A stretch of 64,000 nt of DNA, from assembly GCF_963921235.1 (NCBI RefSeq), contig NC_086108.1:11036001-11100000 (forward strand), given 5' to 3'. Numbering within the stretch: the stretch's first letter is position 1; each line of letters begins with the position of its first letter. Positions 63,346 through 64,000 of this stretch are shown piece after piece. Source of the stretch: Mobula hypostoma. Its lineage: Eukaryota. The position numbers were made by a program, and so were the translations under genes. The notes under the pieces were generated by a model. It saw nothing but the letters and a program-made list of their open reading frames with translations. It searched no databases and was not told the DNA's origin.

Positions 63346-63911
63346 GTACAACTCTACCACCTCTTCCACAGTTTGACCGTCCCTCAGTACCACCTCTCCT
63401 TCCAACACATCACCATTCCATTTCTCACAAAACTGCTTCAACGTGCTGTGTTTGAACCTTTGAAGGTGAGGTCAAAGCTGAATTGGATTTACCTTATACA
63501 GTGCAGGGTTCCCTATAGCAGGCACTCTTCAGCACCCCCTGGGCAGATTTGCATGTTTACCTGATCGAATCAAAGAAACACTGATTTTTCAATTGAAGAT
63601 GAAAGCTTTATCTGGCTAATTTCTTGTCACTTCATCTCAGTCTATCATATATTTACATTTCTGTTTGTGTCATGTTATCTGTCACCACTGCTTATTACAT
63701 GTTTCTTGTCACTCACATTAATGAGGCTAATTTGTATTTTAATTAACAAGCAGGGTGATCCAGGGGAAATGCTGGCAAGAGCACATGTGATAGTCAGTCA
63801 CTGCTGGTGCTCTCTGTCCCAGCTCCCAGGCTCAGCTAGGTCCAGACATTCTGGAGGGTCTGAGGGTTCCTCACGCAGGATCCCCTAAACGTTAAATTGC
63901 TGGTTTCTCCA

Positions 63912-64000
63912 GGAGGACCACCAACTTGTCATAAGGTTCAGAGGCTTGTGTACCTCAGTGATCTGGAGAGCTACGTTGGCTGGAGTCAGGGCCTTGTCCT
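63912..64000 (+). mobile_element. 5' end of an RTE-derived element (family of 45725-47597), cut by the window edge
   Basis: GAGGCTTGTGT..GAGAGCTACGTTGGCTGGAGTCA shared with ~47510-47590. Confidence 0.6.

Noticed and set aside
63493..63560. 68-nt AG/GT-bounded minus-strand segment
   Set aside because: Stops in all three frames
1..64000. CRISPR arrays, operons or prokaryotic defence systems
   Set aside because: No regularly spaced repeat-spacer array; content is vertebrate transposon-derived

Overview
Eukaryotic, repeat-dominated DNA. The repeat families (CR1, HE1/V-SINE-like, Penelope tails, Rex1) suggest a cartilaginous fish such as a ray; that assignment is inference. I recognise no intact host protein-coding gene. 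Every recognisable ORF is a transposon remnant: CR1, Rex1/Babar, RTE, R4/Dong, HERO, L1, Tx1, Penelope (PLE), three Gypsy elements, BEL/Pao, Tc1 and a Chapaev-like transposon. Two nested stacks can be resolved by target-site duplications (TSDs). In the first (25.6-39.5 kb), an old Gmr1-like Gypsy holds a tRNA-Leu-primed Gypsy, which holds a solo LTR and a young Gypsy. In the second (45.4-57.2 kb), a BEL/Pao remnant holds RTE-derived elements and PLEs, and one PLE holds a near-intact L1. The most notable signals are: (1) a young Gypsy with no tRNA PBS, where the PBS position is a perfect 16-nt complement of its own LTR poly(A) region (candidate self-priming), and whose RT motif reads YLDN; (2) a 512-bp RTE-derived element with a 42-bp 5' hairpin that is G.U-rich on one strand only; (3) minimal hammerhead ribozyme motifs in the PLE termini. 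All family calls come from motif recognition by eye. Boundaries without a TSD are approximate.
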